The notes beneath the pieces are model-generated. The model did not search any database. It was not told where the DNA came from and worked only from the letters and a program-made list of their open reading frames with translations. The position numbers were made by a program, and so were the translations under genes. This document shows positions 17,399 through 25,695 of a stretch of DNA of 39,285 nucleotides, piece after piece. The first letter of the stretch is position 1. Every line of letters begins with the position of its first letter. This DNA is from an uncultured Chthoniobacterales bacterium (GTDB lineage: Bacteria > Actinomycetota > Acidimicrobiia > Acidimicrobiales > SHLQ01), in NCBI GenBank assembly GCA_964196045.1, contig CAXMRH010000153.1, forward strand, positions 1-39,285, written 5' to 3'.

Positions 17399-19531
17399 AT
17401 GTCTGACGCCCCCTATGAAGTCCTCGCTGGCCGGTACGAGCTGCACCGTCAGCTCGCGACCGGTGGCAGCGCCGACGTCTTCCTCGCACGAGACCAGCTT
17501 CTGAACCGTCCGGTCGCAGTGAAGGTGCTCAACGCCACACTGTCCGAGGACCAGGATTTCGTGGAGCGCCTCCGCCGAGAGGCCCAGCTCGTCGCAAGCC
17601 TCAACCACCAGAACATCGTCGGGGTGTTCGATCAGGGTGAACAAGATGGCGCCCCGTTCATCGTCATGGAGTACGTGGACGGGCGCAGTCTCGCGGACAT
17701 CTTGCGTAGCGAGGGCCGCTTGCACCCGGATCGTGCAGCCACGATCGCCGTTGATGTGGCCGCCGCCCTCGACGCTGCCCATCGACAGGGCATGGTCCAC
17801 ATGGACGTCAAGCCGGGCAACGTGCTCATCACTTCCGAAGGCCAGGTGAAGCTTGCAGACTTTGGCATAGCGAAGGCGCTGAACGAGGGCTCCGAGACGG
17901 ACCTGACCGCCGAAGGCGGAACGGTGATGGGCACGGCCACGTATCTGTCCCCCGAGCAGGCCCAAGGACAGAAGGTCGGGCCGCGTAGCGATGTGTACTC
18001 GCTGGCGGTTGTGCTCTACGAGATGATGACCGGTCGTCCGCCATTCATCGGCGACACGCCAGTAGAAATCGCACGCAAACACGTCGAGGAAGCTCCACAA
18101 GCGCCACATCGTCTGGGGGTCGAGATAGCGCAGTCGTTGGAAGCGATCACACTGAAAGGCTTGGCCAAGAGTCCGGTTAATCGGTACCCGTCGGTGCGCG
18201 ATTTCGCAGCCGACCTGAAGCGGTATCTGGCCGGTGCTCACAGCCTGACCGACAACGCCCCGTCGGGCACCAAGCCTGCAGCGGCCGCCGCTGCACCCCC
18301 GATTGTTCGAGCTGTGACCGGACGGTCCACCGCACCGGAGCAGAAGGACCAAACGGTTCTCATACCCGCGACGCCGGGCGCCGCGCCTGTGGCACGACCC
18401 CCCCAAGGTGGTCTACCGCGCCAAGCCGCAGCTCCAGCCCGAGCACCGAGGAAGCCAGATCCCGCCGACCTCGAGCGTCGCCCGGTCGTTGTACGAAGCG
18501 ACGACACGTGGAAGCGCAATGTCTTGTTTTTCGTTGCGTTGTGCATCTTGTTACTTCTGCTCGGCTTCTTGGCCCGAGCGTTCGTCGACGTGTTACGTGA
18601 CGACGACAGCACCATCGACGAAACCCCGACAACGGGCGAGACCGTCACACTTCCGAATTTCACGAACTTTGATCGTGATCAGGCAATCACGTTGATCGAG
18701 AATCAAGGCCTCGTACCAGAGATCGAGTTCGCTCCTAACAACGACGTCGCCGATGGCCGTGTCTTCCGCCAGGATCCTGTGGCGGGGGCGATCGTCGAGC
18801 TTGGTTCCACGGTCAAGATCACTGTCAGCGAAGCAGAGGGCAAGGTCGAAGTGCCGACGCTCGTCGACCTTACGCGAGAAGAGGCGGAACGAACGCTCCG
18901 CCGACTTGGGTTCACGCCCGATGTGCAGGAGGTCGACAACGACTTCTTCGGACCTGGCTCGGTTATCAGCCAGGAGCCACTCCCTGGAGTAAGTGCGGAT
19001 CGTGGGTCGGTCGTCTTCCTTCAAGTGTCGCTCGGGTTCTCGGAACGAACGGTTCCTGATCTTGCAGGGCAAACATTGAACGAAGCTCTTGCCAAGTTGT
19101 TCGATCTGGATTTCCGAATCACCCAGGTCGAGGAACCAGATCCTGAGGTCGAGGAAGGTCTTGTGCTTCGGACAGAACCGGCTGCGGGTTCGTTGTTGCG
19201 GGGCCGTGAGATCGTGACGGTGTATGTGTCGACAGGGGTCGCCCGCGTGCCCGTGCCTTCGGTCATCGGGTTGTTGGCAGATTCCGCTCGCCAACAGCTG
19301 ACCGCGAGTGGCTTCGAGGTGCAGATCGACTTCATCGAGGTAGAGGATCCCGCCGACATCAACAAGGTGATCGACCAGACACCCCCGGCGAATATCGAGC
19401 TGCGCGAAGGGGAGTCCGTGCGGATCATCGTTGGTCTGGAACCGCCGCCCGAAGAGACGACGACTACAACGACCGAGGCCGCCACGACGACCACGACGTC
19501 GACCACCACCACGACCGCCGCGCCCGGCTGA
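17399..19531 (+). CDS. pknB: Ser/Thr protein kinase PknB with four PASTA repeats
   Basis: Hanks kinase motifs are present (VAVKVL, HMDVKPGNVL, DFGIA, SPEQA). A TM (LFFVALCILLLLLGFLA) follows, then four PASTA-like units of about 65 aa and a poly-Thr C-terminal tail. Confidence 0.95.
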   Translation: MSDAPYEVLAGRYELHRQLATGGSADVFLARDQLLNRPVAVKVLNATLSEDQDFVERLRREAQLVASLNHQNIVGVFDQGEQDGAPFIVMEYVDGRSLADILRSEGRLHPDRAATIAVDVAAALDAAHRQGMVHMDVKPGNVLITSEGQVKLADFGIAKALNEGSETDLTAEGGTVMGTATYLSPEQAQGQKVGPRSDVYSLAVVLYEMMTGRPPFIGDTPVEIARKHVEEAPQAPHRLGVEIAQSLEAITLKGLAKSPVNRYPSVRDFAADLKRYLAGAHSLTDNAPSGTKPAAAAAAPPIVRAVTGRSTAPEQKDQTVLIPATPGAAPVARPPQGGLPRQAAAPARAPRKPDPADLERRPVVVRSDDTWKRNVLFFVALCILLLLLGFLARAFVDVLRDDDSTIDETPTTGETVTLPNFTNFDRDQAITLIENQGLVPEIEFAPNNDVADGRVFRQDPVAGAIVELGSTVKITVSEAEGKVEVPTLVDLTREEAERTLRRLGFTPDVQEVDNDFFGPGSVISQEPLPGVSADRGSVVFLQVSLGFSERTVPDLAGQTLNEALAKLFDLDFRITQVEEPDPEVEEGLVLRTEPAAGSLLRGREIVTVYVSTGVARVPVPSVIGLLADSARQQLTASGFEVQIDFIEVEDPADINKVIDQTPPANIELREGESVRIIVGLEPPPEETTTTTTEAATTTTTSTTTTTAAPG

Positions 19532-19554
19532 CGAACGAGCGAGTTTCGATACCG

Positions 19555-20130
19555 CTAGACGGTTCGGGCGAGGAAGTTCTGGAGCAAGTCGTGACCTGAT
19601 GCGGTCAGGATCGATTCTGGATGAAATTGCACGCCCTCGATGTCGTGCTCGGCGTGGCGAAGGCCCATGACCAGGCCGTCACTCGATTCCGCAGTGATCT
19701 CGAGGTCGTCGGGCACCGAGTCGCGCTCGACTATGAGCGAGTGATAACGGGTTGCTTCGAGCGGATTGGGAAGGCCGACGAATACTCCAGAATTGGTGTG
19801 GCTGATCATCGACGTCTTGCCATGCATAACCTCGGGCGCACGGCTGACAGTGCCGCCGTAGACCTCTCCGATGCACTGCATGCCAAGACACACACCGAAA
19901 ACGGGCCGTTTCCCCGGTGAATCCGCTATCAGAGCGCTTGAAATACCAGCTTCGCTCGGGGTCCCTGGCCCAGGGCTGATCAACACACCATCAGGATTCA
20001 TAGCATCGACGCCAGCGAGGTCGATCTCGTCATGGCGTTTCACAATGGGGTTCGCGCCGAGCTGGCCGAGGTACTGGACCAGGTTGTAGACGAACGAGTC
20101 GTAGTTGTCGATCACCAAGATGTCGCTCAT
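19555..20130 (-). CDS. trpG: Glutamine amidotransferase component II of anthranilate / aminodeoxychorismate synthase
   Basis: 191 aa with GVCLGMQ (nucleophile Cys) and VQFHPES. Its position next to pknB and crgA is as in other actinobacteria. Confidence 0.9.
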   Translation of the reverse strand: MSDILVIDNYDSFVYNLVQYLGQLGANPIVKRHDEIDLAGVDAMNPDGVLISPGPGTPSEAGISSALIADSPGKRPVFGVCLGMQCIGEVYGGTVSRAPEVMHGKTSMISHTNSGVFVGLPNPLEATRYHSLIVERDSVPDDLEITAESSDGLVMGLRHAEHDIEGVQFHPESILTASGHDLLQNFLARTV

Positions 20131-20216
20131 GAACCCACAACGCTAGCCAACTCATCTCACTTGCCACCGCGTTCACCGACGCAGGGCTTAAACCCAAAAC
20201 GCACTAGACTCGAAGG

Positions 20217-20498
20217 ATGTCGAGTCCGAAGAAGCGCCGGGTGCAAGGCGGGCGCGTCACCCCCAAGGGGACGCAGCCGCACAACGCAAAGTCTGTCGAG
20301 ACGCTGCATCATGTCAGCGATGAGCCGAGTGCTCCGTGGGTGACGTGGGTTCTCTTCGGATTACTCGCCCTAGGCATGCTCGTGATCTTCTTGAACTACA
20401 CGAAGCTGGTTCCTGGCGGCGAAACCCACAACGGGTTCACGCTGCTCGGCCTCGGGTTTATTCTTGGCGGGATTATCACCGCCACTCGCTTGCGGTAG
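20217..20498 (+). CDS. crgA: Cell division protein CrgA
   Basis: 93 aa with a basic N-terminus (SSPKKRRVQGGRVTPKG) and two TM helices (WVTWVLFGLLALGMLVIFLNY, LLGLGFILGGIITATRL). It is in the conserved syntenic position. Confidence 0.85.
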   Translation: MSSPKKRRVQGGRVTPKGTQPHNAKSVETLHHVSDEPSAPWVTWVLFGLLALGMLVIFLNYTKLVPGGETHNGFTLLGLGFILGGIITATRLR

Positions 20499-20558
20499 CT
20501 CACCGACGAACCGGCCGATTTGCCGGTCCAAACTACATCGCGGTAGTTCCCCCCAGGG

Positions 20559-20824
20559 TTGTGCACATCCTGTGGATAACTTAAGGGCGTTTTGAATAGT
20601 TTGACCGTAATCCACAGGCTGCGCAGTTTTTCCCACAGGGGTGGCATCAACCGTGGAAATAGCGCTTCACGGGCACGCATGATCCACGCACTGCCCTAGT
20701 TTTGGCGTTTCTAGTGATGCAGGCGCTCGTGGTGTTGCTTATGTTGCTGATGTTATTCGTGGTGTTCCACAATGCGGGACGCTCATGGTGGACAACTTGC
20801 GCGAATGTACAGGCATGTGGATAT
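20559..20824. promoter_or_regulatory. Cluster of DnaA-box-like 9-mers in a relatively AT-rich spacer (candidate DnaA-binding locus: oriC-like or a titration site)
   Basis: There is one perfect TTATCCACA (20571-20579, minus strand). One-mismatch boxes lie at 20559-20567 (ttgtgcaca), 20608-20616 (taatccaca), 20787-20795 (revcomp ttgtccacc) and 20816-20824 (revcomp atatccaca). Two-mismatch boxes lie at 20629-20637, 20680-20688 and 20763-20771. Three boxes share the extension CCACAGG. Confidence 0.55.
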
Positions 20825-20828
20825 CGAC

Positions 20829-21092
20829 CTATTCGATCGGAGTGATCTGATCCATTTCTTGCATGCAGTGCCGGGGAGATTCGGGTTCCTGATCGGTCGA
20901 TGTGGTCATACGCACCTCGGTGCCACAGACAAGGCACCGATACTGGATCTTGACCTTTCGCAGCTCTCCCGGCGGAGGTGGCTCTGGAATGGGTGCGGCC
21001 ATGCCCCGAAGAATGCCCAGTCCCCCTCGGATGATCAGGTATCCGACGACGACTGCAATGAGCAGATTCGTGAGCGGGACTCCGAAGACCAT
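20829..21092 (-). CDS. Hypothetical small membrane protein with a C-terminal Cys/His cluster
   Basis: 87 aa with an N-terminal TM (LLIAVVVGYLIIRGGLGIL), a proline-rich linker and then CLVCGTEV...RHCMQEM. It lies 21 nt downstream of the Mo-oxidoreductase gene and has coding-like codon usage. Confidence 0.5.
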   Translation of the reverse strand: MVFGVPLTNLLIAVVVGYLIIRGGLGILRGMAAPIPEPPPPGELRKVKIQYRCLVCGTEVRMTTSTDQEPESPRHCMQEMDQITPIE

Positions 21093-21113
21093 GCGGTCAC
21101 TCTACGAGGAGGC

Positions 21114-21854
21114 TCACAGACCCGAGTACCAGTCGTAGCCCCGCTCGTTCCAGTAGTCGGGCCCTCGTTCGTCAGAGAACGAGATCCGGCCGATTCGTTT
21201 GATCTGCTTGATGCCGTACTTGACGGGAGTCACGAGACGCAGCGGCGCACCGTGTAGTTGCGTCAGCGGCTCACCATTGAGCTCCCATGCCAACAGCGTC
21301 TGTGGGTGCATCATGGTCGCCCGATCGAGACTGACATAATACGCGCCGTCCGGTGTCTCGAGATCGACGAAGGGCGCCTCGGCCTCTGTCGCGTAGAGCT
21401 CCGCGAAGTTCGAGAACTGGGTACCTCCCCACGTGACGACCTCACTCCATCCCTCGACGCATTTGTGAAGCACGGTCATTTCCATGGACGGAAGGTGGTG
21501 CACGTCTTCGATGATGTGTGTCCCGATCGTGCTTCCAGCCCTTCCCACGATGTCGACCTTCCATTCGTCGAGCTCGATCTCCTCGCGAACTCCATGGCGA
21601 CCGTTGACACGAATCGGGCGAGCTTCGATGGAGTGGTATGTGGGGGCGAGACGGTCCGTGCTGACCGACTGCCAGATCGAAGCATTCCGTTCGTGGACCG
21701 AACGAAGAATTCCGGGGATCCGATCGACGGGGTCGTCGTTCTGGATGGCTCGCCAACCTCCGTATCCTGCAGCGATACCCGCCAGCCCGGTAAGGAACGA
21801 TCGTCGCGAACGCGACCTGAACTCGGATTCGGTGATGGTCTTGCGCTCAGACAT
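21114..21854 (-). CDS. Molybdopterin-dependent oxidoreductase (sulfite-oxidase/MsrP-like fold) with Tat signal
   Basis: Contains a twin-arginine signal (SRSRRSFLTGLAGIAAG), the Mo-ligand Cys motif HKCVEGWS and GAPLRLVTPVKYGIKQIKRI. Confidence 0.85.
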   Translation of the reverse strand: MSERKTITESEFRSRSRRSFLTGLAGIAAGYGGWRAIQNDDPVDRIPGILRSVHERNASIWQSVSTDRLAPTYHSIEARPIRVNGRHGVREEIELDEWKVDIVGRAGSTIGTHIIEDVHHLPSMEMTVLHKCVEGWSEVVTWGGTQFSNFAELYATEAEAPFVDLETPDGAYYVSLDRATMMHPQTLLAWELNGEPLTQLHGAPLRLVTPVKYGIKQIKRIGRISFSDERGPDYWNERGYDWYSGL

Positions 21855-22557
21855 CGGACTCAGACTCGAGCTCGTATCCGCTGATCATGGACCAGAAGTT
21901 CCCGAACCCCGCTCGCGCCACCTGGACGATGTGCACCGCAAAGAATGCGAGGAACGACATTGTCACGATGAAGTGGATCAGTCGCGCGTTCTGGTACCCA
22001 CCGAAAATCCCGGTCAACCAACCGAGCTGCACCGGCTTGTAGATCGCGAACCCGGTCGCAAGAGCGAGGAACCCGAGGACGATGACCAGGCTGTACGCCA
22101 ACTGCTGCATCACGTTGTACTGCCCGGTCTCAGGAGCTTCTTTGCGAAGCCCGAGGTCATGAAGCAACGTCGCCGACACCATCTTCAGGTCGCCCCGGCT
22201 CGGCACGAGGTGTTTCCATTCGCGACTCGCGGCCAGGTAGAGCACGTACAGCAGGCCGTTGATAAAGAAGAGCCAGCCGAAAGTGAAGTGGAACGCCATG
22301 CCGCGGGCGAGCTTCCGATTGAGTTGGAGTGCGTCATAGAACCCCTCGGGGAAGAGCGTCTCCTCACCGAAACGAATCGACGGAATCCGTGACACGTCGA
22401 ACGACCAGTAGATTCGCAGGCCACTCCAGATCATCACGGTGAGGATCGGGAAGTTCAACCAATGCATCCACCGGATCGCGCGTGGGTGCTTTTCTTTTGC
22501 AATTCGCTCGGGTGGGTCAGAAGACTCCACCTCGACTGGATTGATCGTGTCGGTCAT
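21847..22557 (-). CDS. Membrane b-type cytochrome (cytochrome b561 / hydrogenase b-subunit-like), partner of the Mo enzyme
   Basis: HPRAIRWMHWLNFPILTVMIWSGLRIYW is the typical first helix with a haem His. The start is set at the ATG at 22557, which is preceded by aggaggaggaaca (strong SD). It overlaps the downstream gene by 8 nt. Confidence 0.8.
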   Translation of the reverse strand: MTDTINPVEVESSDPPERIAKEKHPRAIRWMHWLNFPILTVMIWSGLRIYWSFDVSRIPSIRFGEETLFPEGFYDALQLNRKLARGMAFHFTFGWLFFINGLLYVLYLAASREWKHLVPSRGDLKMVSATLLHDLGLRKEAPETGQYNVMQQLAYSLVIVLGFLALATGFAIYKPVQLGWLTGIFGGYQNARLIHFIVTMSFLAFFAVHIVQVARAGFGNFWSMISGYELESESDV

Positions 22558-22700
22558 TGTTCCTCCTCCTAGCTCCATAGAAGAACCGAACACGAATGCA
22601 GCGCTTCAATTTGGCTCGAATGTTCCGAGATGTTCACATCACTTGGTTGCCCAACCAAGGGCGTAGAACTGGATTATCCCGCTACGATTGTTGGCTGTTC

Positions 22701-22773
22701 GGGGCCTTAGCTCAGTTGGTAGAGCGCTTGCTTTGCAAGCAAGATGTCGGGAGTTCGATTCTCCCAGGCTCCA
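22701..22773 (+). tRNA. tRNA-Ala (anticodon UGC), CCA not encoded
   Basis: GGGGCCTTAGCTCAGTTGGTAGAGCGCTTGCTTTGCAAGCAAGATGTCGGGAGTTCGATTCTCCCAGGCTCCA. The G3:U70 identity pair is present and the anticodon loop is TT-TGC-AA. Confidence 0.92.
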
Positions 22774-22809
22774 CGCCGTTCGTCGGTCGCATAGCGACCT
22801 CCTCACTCC

Positions 22810-22923
22810 CTGCCTTTCGGCGCTGGGGCGCCTAAAGGCGCCGTTCGCTTCGCTCTGAAAACGCTCCTGCCGTTCGGCGCTGGGGCGCCTAAAGGCGCCG
22901 TTCGCTTCGTTCTGAAAACGCTC
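22810..22923. repeat. Two tandem copies of a 57-bp unit, each with a GGCGCC-taaa-GGCGCC hairpin
   Basis: Copy 1 (22810-22866) and copy 2 (22867-22923) differ at 2 positions. The flanks (cctcactccct at 22801, cgttcgtccc at 22934-22943) share short blocks with the R module at 4910-5022 and 26688-26800. Confidence 0.85.
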
Positions 22924-23007
22924 CGTTCGAGGCCGTTCGTCCCTGCTGGCGGGCCACGAATTGAGACAGCTTGGCGGGTCTTCGGTTGTCTTGCGGCAGA
23001 CTTTGTT

Positions 23008-24255
23008 GTGCTTTCTTCTTTGCCATCGGTTTCTTCGAGTCGTCTGGCGGTGCGGCTTACGCCAGATGCGCTGCGTCAGGTTCGTGGCGGCCATCCCTGG
23101 GTGTATTCCAAAGCCATCACGTCGGTGTCCAATCCCTCTGCAGCGCCCGGAACCTTGGCAGTCATTTTCGACAAGAACCGTGCCTTCGTCGCCATTGGGC
23201 TGTGGGACCCGTCATCGCCAATCCGAATCCGAGTGCTGCACACCGGCAAACCCCAACAGGTCGACGAGGAGTTCTGGCACGCAGTCATCGGACGAGCCGG
23301 TCGAACGCGTAAGGCGCTTCCCCGCTCTGGTACCACCGGCTTTCGCCTCCTACATGGCGAGAACGATGGCACGGGAGGCCTGGTCGTCGACCGTTATGAC
23401 TCGACCTTGGTCTGCAAGGTGTATTCCGCAGCGTGGCTCCCACACCTCAACGCGGTCCTCGACGCGCTGAACGTTGTTGTTCAGCCGAGCCGAATCATGC
23501 TACGTCTCGGTCGGCTGGCAGCCGCCGACAGCGCAGTTCGACGTGCCGGCCTTACCGATGGGATGACACTTCTCGGGGACCCACCGACCGAGCCAATTCT
23601 CTTCATGGAGAATGGGCTCACGTTCGAAGCTGACGTCGTCAACGGACAAAAGACAGGGCACTTTCTGGATCAGCGCGACAACCGACAGTTCATTCGCTCT
23701 GTCGCGCAAGATACGTCTGTTCTCGATGTGTTCTCGTGCACCGGCGGCTTCTCGGTTTACGCTGCCGCGGGCGGAGCCACCCAGGTGCACAGCGTGGACA
23801 TCGCGCCGCTTGCTCTCGAGACGGCGAAACGCAACATGATCCACAACAAGGTTGGAGACGCTGCGACAGTCAATTCGGCCACTCGACACCGTGTTACCGC
23901 TGGCGACGCATTCGAGGTGATGGACAAGCTCGGTGCGCAAGGTGAGCAGTACGACATCGTGGTGATCGACCCGCCGTCGTTTGCGTCCCGTGCGTCCGAG
24001 CGGGATGGTGCGCTGCGTGCATACCGCAAACTTGCCGAGTTAGGGCTGCCACTCGTCCGGCCTGGGGGGCGGTTGATGCAGTCATCGTGTTCCTCCCATG
24101 TGACCGAAGAGGACCTGGCAGCGACCGTGCGTGCGACCGTTCGATCCCACGGGCGCCAGATCCACGACGAGATCGTCACCGGGCATGCCGTCGACCATCC
24201 GATTGGGTTTCCACAGGGCCGCTACCTCAAGGCGCTCACTGGCAACGTTTCATAG
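23008..24255 (+). CDS. RlmI-like class I SAM-dependent rRNA (cytosine-C5) methyltransferase (PUA-like N-domain)
   Basis: Matches include LRQVRGGHPWVYS, GLWDPSSPIRIRVL, TGHFLDQRDNR, VLDVFSCTGGFSVYAA and IVVIDPPSFA. The start may be the downstream GTG near 23050. Confidence 0.8.
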   Translation: MLSSLPSVSSSRLAVRLTPDALRQVRGGHPWVYSKAITSVSNPSAAPGTLAVIFDKNRAFVAIGLWDPSSPIRIRVLHTGKPQQVDEEFWHAVIGRAGRTRKALPRSGTTGFRLLHGENDGTGGLVVDRYDSTLVCKVYSAAWLPHLNAVLDALNVVVQPSRIMLRLGRLAAADSAVRRAGLTDGMTLLGDPPTEPILFMENGLTFEADVVNGQKTGHFLDQRDNRQFIRSVAQDTSVLDVFSCTGGFSVYAAAGGATQVHSVDIAPLALETAKRNMIHNKVGDAATVNSATRHRVTAGDAFEVMDKLGAQGEQYDIVVIDPPSFASRASERDGALRAYRKLAELGLPLVRPGGRLMQSSCSSHVTEEDLAATVRATVRSHGRQIHDEIVTGHAVDHPIGFPQGRYLKALTGNVS

Positions 24256-24357
24256 CGGGTCTGCAAACGATTGTCCTCTGAGAGCGAGTTCACGAGGCCA
24301 GATCCGGGTGCCTTGGTTCGATCGCGATGGTGCCGATGAAACAGAGATGGTGACAAC

Positions 24358-25599
24358 GTGAAGAGCATCATGCTTCGGACTGGTGGCTCGGCCGCTGTCG
24401 TGGCCGTGTTCTTGGCGGCGTTCATTGCCCTCACTGCGACCGGTGACCCCGAATCCGATCTCAGCACCGAGGCGTTGGTCATCCCGGCCACAACGACTGT
24501 GCTCGAGCGTTCTGCACCGGCTCGCGAAGCGGAGAAAACTGTTGGCGAACCGCGGGACTCAGGCGCAGCAGCATCCTTCGTTGACGTGGCCGACGAAGGC
24601 TTCCCTCCACCCCTAGGCATTCGTGAGGAGGCCTCAGCTTCGAGCTCTCCTGCACCCGCGGCTCCCTCAGGGGTAGCACCCGTTCGCATCGCTCGTCCGA
24701 CGTGTGCATCGAGCCTGGCTGCGCCCACAACCCGAACCGCCCCCTTCACTGGCCTGTCCGCATCGATCCCTTCGAACATGCCGGCGGTGCTGGTCAAGGT
24801 TTCCAACAACAGTTGGAAGAGCCGGTCAGCGCTGATCGGCCTCGACCAGGCAGACATCGTCTTCGAAGAGAGAATCGAAGCGTCGGCGACGCGCTTTGCC
24901 GCCATCTTCCACTCCTCCGTGCCAGCAAACGTCGGCCCGGTTCGGTCCGGTCGCACGACCGACATTCAAATCACCCAGAACCTCAACCGGCCGGTGATGG
25001 GGTATTCCGGCAGCAACCAAGGTGTTGCCGCACAGATCAAGTTCGCCGCCGACAACGGCCTCCTCGTTCCATACGTGAACACCGATTCGGCTCCATTTGC
25101 ACGGGACGGTCGCTACACGGCACCCGACAATCTCTTCGTCGACCCGACCAGTCTTGGCGGATGTGGGGGCGGCGGAGACCCGACTGCCATCTTCAGCTAT
25201 GGCGCACCGAGCTCGACGACTGCTGAGGCAGCCTCGTCAGTCTCGTTGCAGGCACGTTCGCCCTATCGCTTCGATTGGGATGGCTCCCGCTGGGTTCGCT
25301 CGCAGGATGGGTCCCCACACACGACGCGAACTGGAGCGGCAATTGCCCCGGCAAACGTTGTTGTCCTGTTCGTGCCCTACGTGCAAAGCGTGATTGATTC
25401 CGCATCGGTCGACGCCCAGACCATCGGGTCTGGCTCGGCGTGGTTTCTTCGTGACGGGACGATCACCACAGGTTCGTGGAGTCGATCGAAAGGGCACTTG
25501 CCCTACACGCTCACCGATGGAGCCGGAGTCGCGACGACCCTGACCCCAGGCCAAACCTGGGTGGTCCTCGCCCCCGCCGGCTCCGCCACCTGGAACTGA
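24358..25599 (+). CDS. DUF3048-domain secreted or membrane-anchored protein
   Basis: It has an N-terminal signal/TM (AAVVAVFLAAFIAL). The core VKVSNNS...IGLDQADIVFEERIEASATRFAAIFHS...VGPVRSGRTTD matches the DUF3048 pattern. Confidence 0.75.
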   Translation: MKSIMLRTGGSAAVVAVFLAAFIALTATGDPESDLSTEALVIPATTTVLERSAPAREAEKTVGEPRDSGAAASFVDVADEGFPPPLGIREEASASSSPAPAAPSGVAPVRIARPTCASSLAAPTTRTAPFTGLSASIPSNMPAVLVKVSNNSWKSRSALIGLDQADIVFEERIEASATRFAAIFHSSVPANVGPVRSGRTTDIQITQNLNRPVMGYSGSNQGVAAQIKFAADNGLLVPYVNTDSAPFARDGRYTAPDNLFVDPTSLGGCGGGGDPTAIFSYGAPSSTTAEAASSVSLQARSPYRFDWDGSRWVRSQDGSPHTTRTGAAIAPANVVVLFVPYVQSVIDSASVDAQTIGSGSAWFLRDGTITTGSWSRSKGHLPYTLTDGAGVATTLTPGQTWVVLAPAGSATWN

Positions 25600-25626
25600 G
25601 TTCGATCCGAGCTTGCTCGGTCGAAC
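25600..25626 (+). terminator. Hairpin directly after the DUF3048 gene stop
   Basis: gttcga(t)ccgag-cttg-ctcggtcgaac is an 11-bp stem with one bulge. There is no U-run. Confidence 0.35.
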
Positions 25627-25695
25627 GGGGCCGGCCTCTGGCCAACCGCAGGCGGGTCGAGGGCCGCTAGGCCCGGATCCCGCCCGCGGCGAAAG

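Noticed and set aside
17390-18406. 338-aa minus-strand ORF
   Set aside because: It is antisense to the pknB kinase domain and is a shadow ORF.
20729-20770. The 9-bp-spaced (G/A)TGTT run as a DnaA-trio or DUE element
   Set aside because: The motif does not match the published DnaA-trio consensus as I recall it, and the spacing is irregular (9, 9, 12). It is mentioned only as context for the DnaA-box cluster.
22810-22923. Possible CRISPR array
   Set aside because: There are only two directly abutting 57-bp units with no spacers, and no cas genes lie in the window. This is a tandem duplication.
24222-24965. 247-aa minus-strand ORF
   Set aside because: It is antisense to the DUF3048 gene. It is Ala/Ser/Arg-rich with no motifs.
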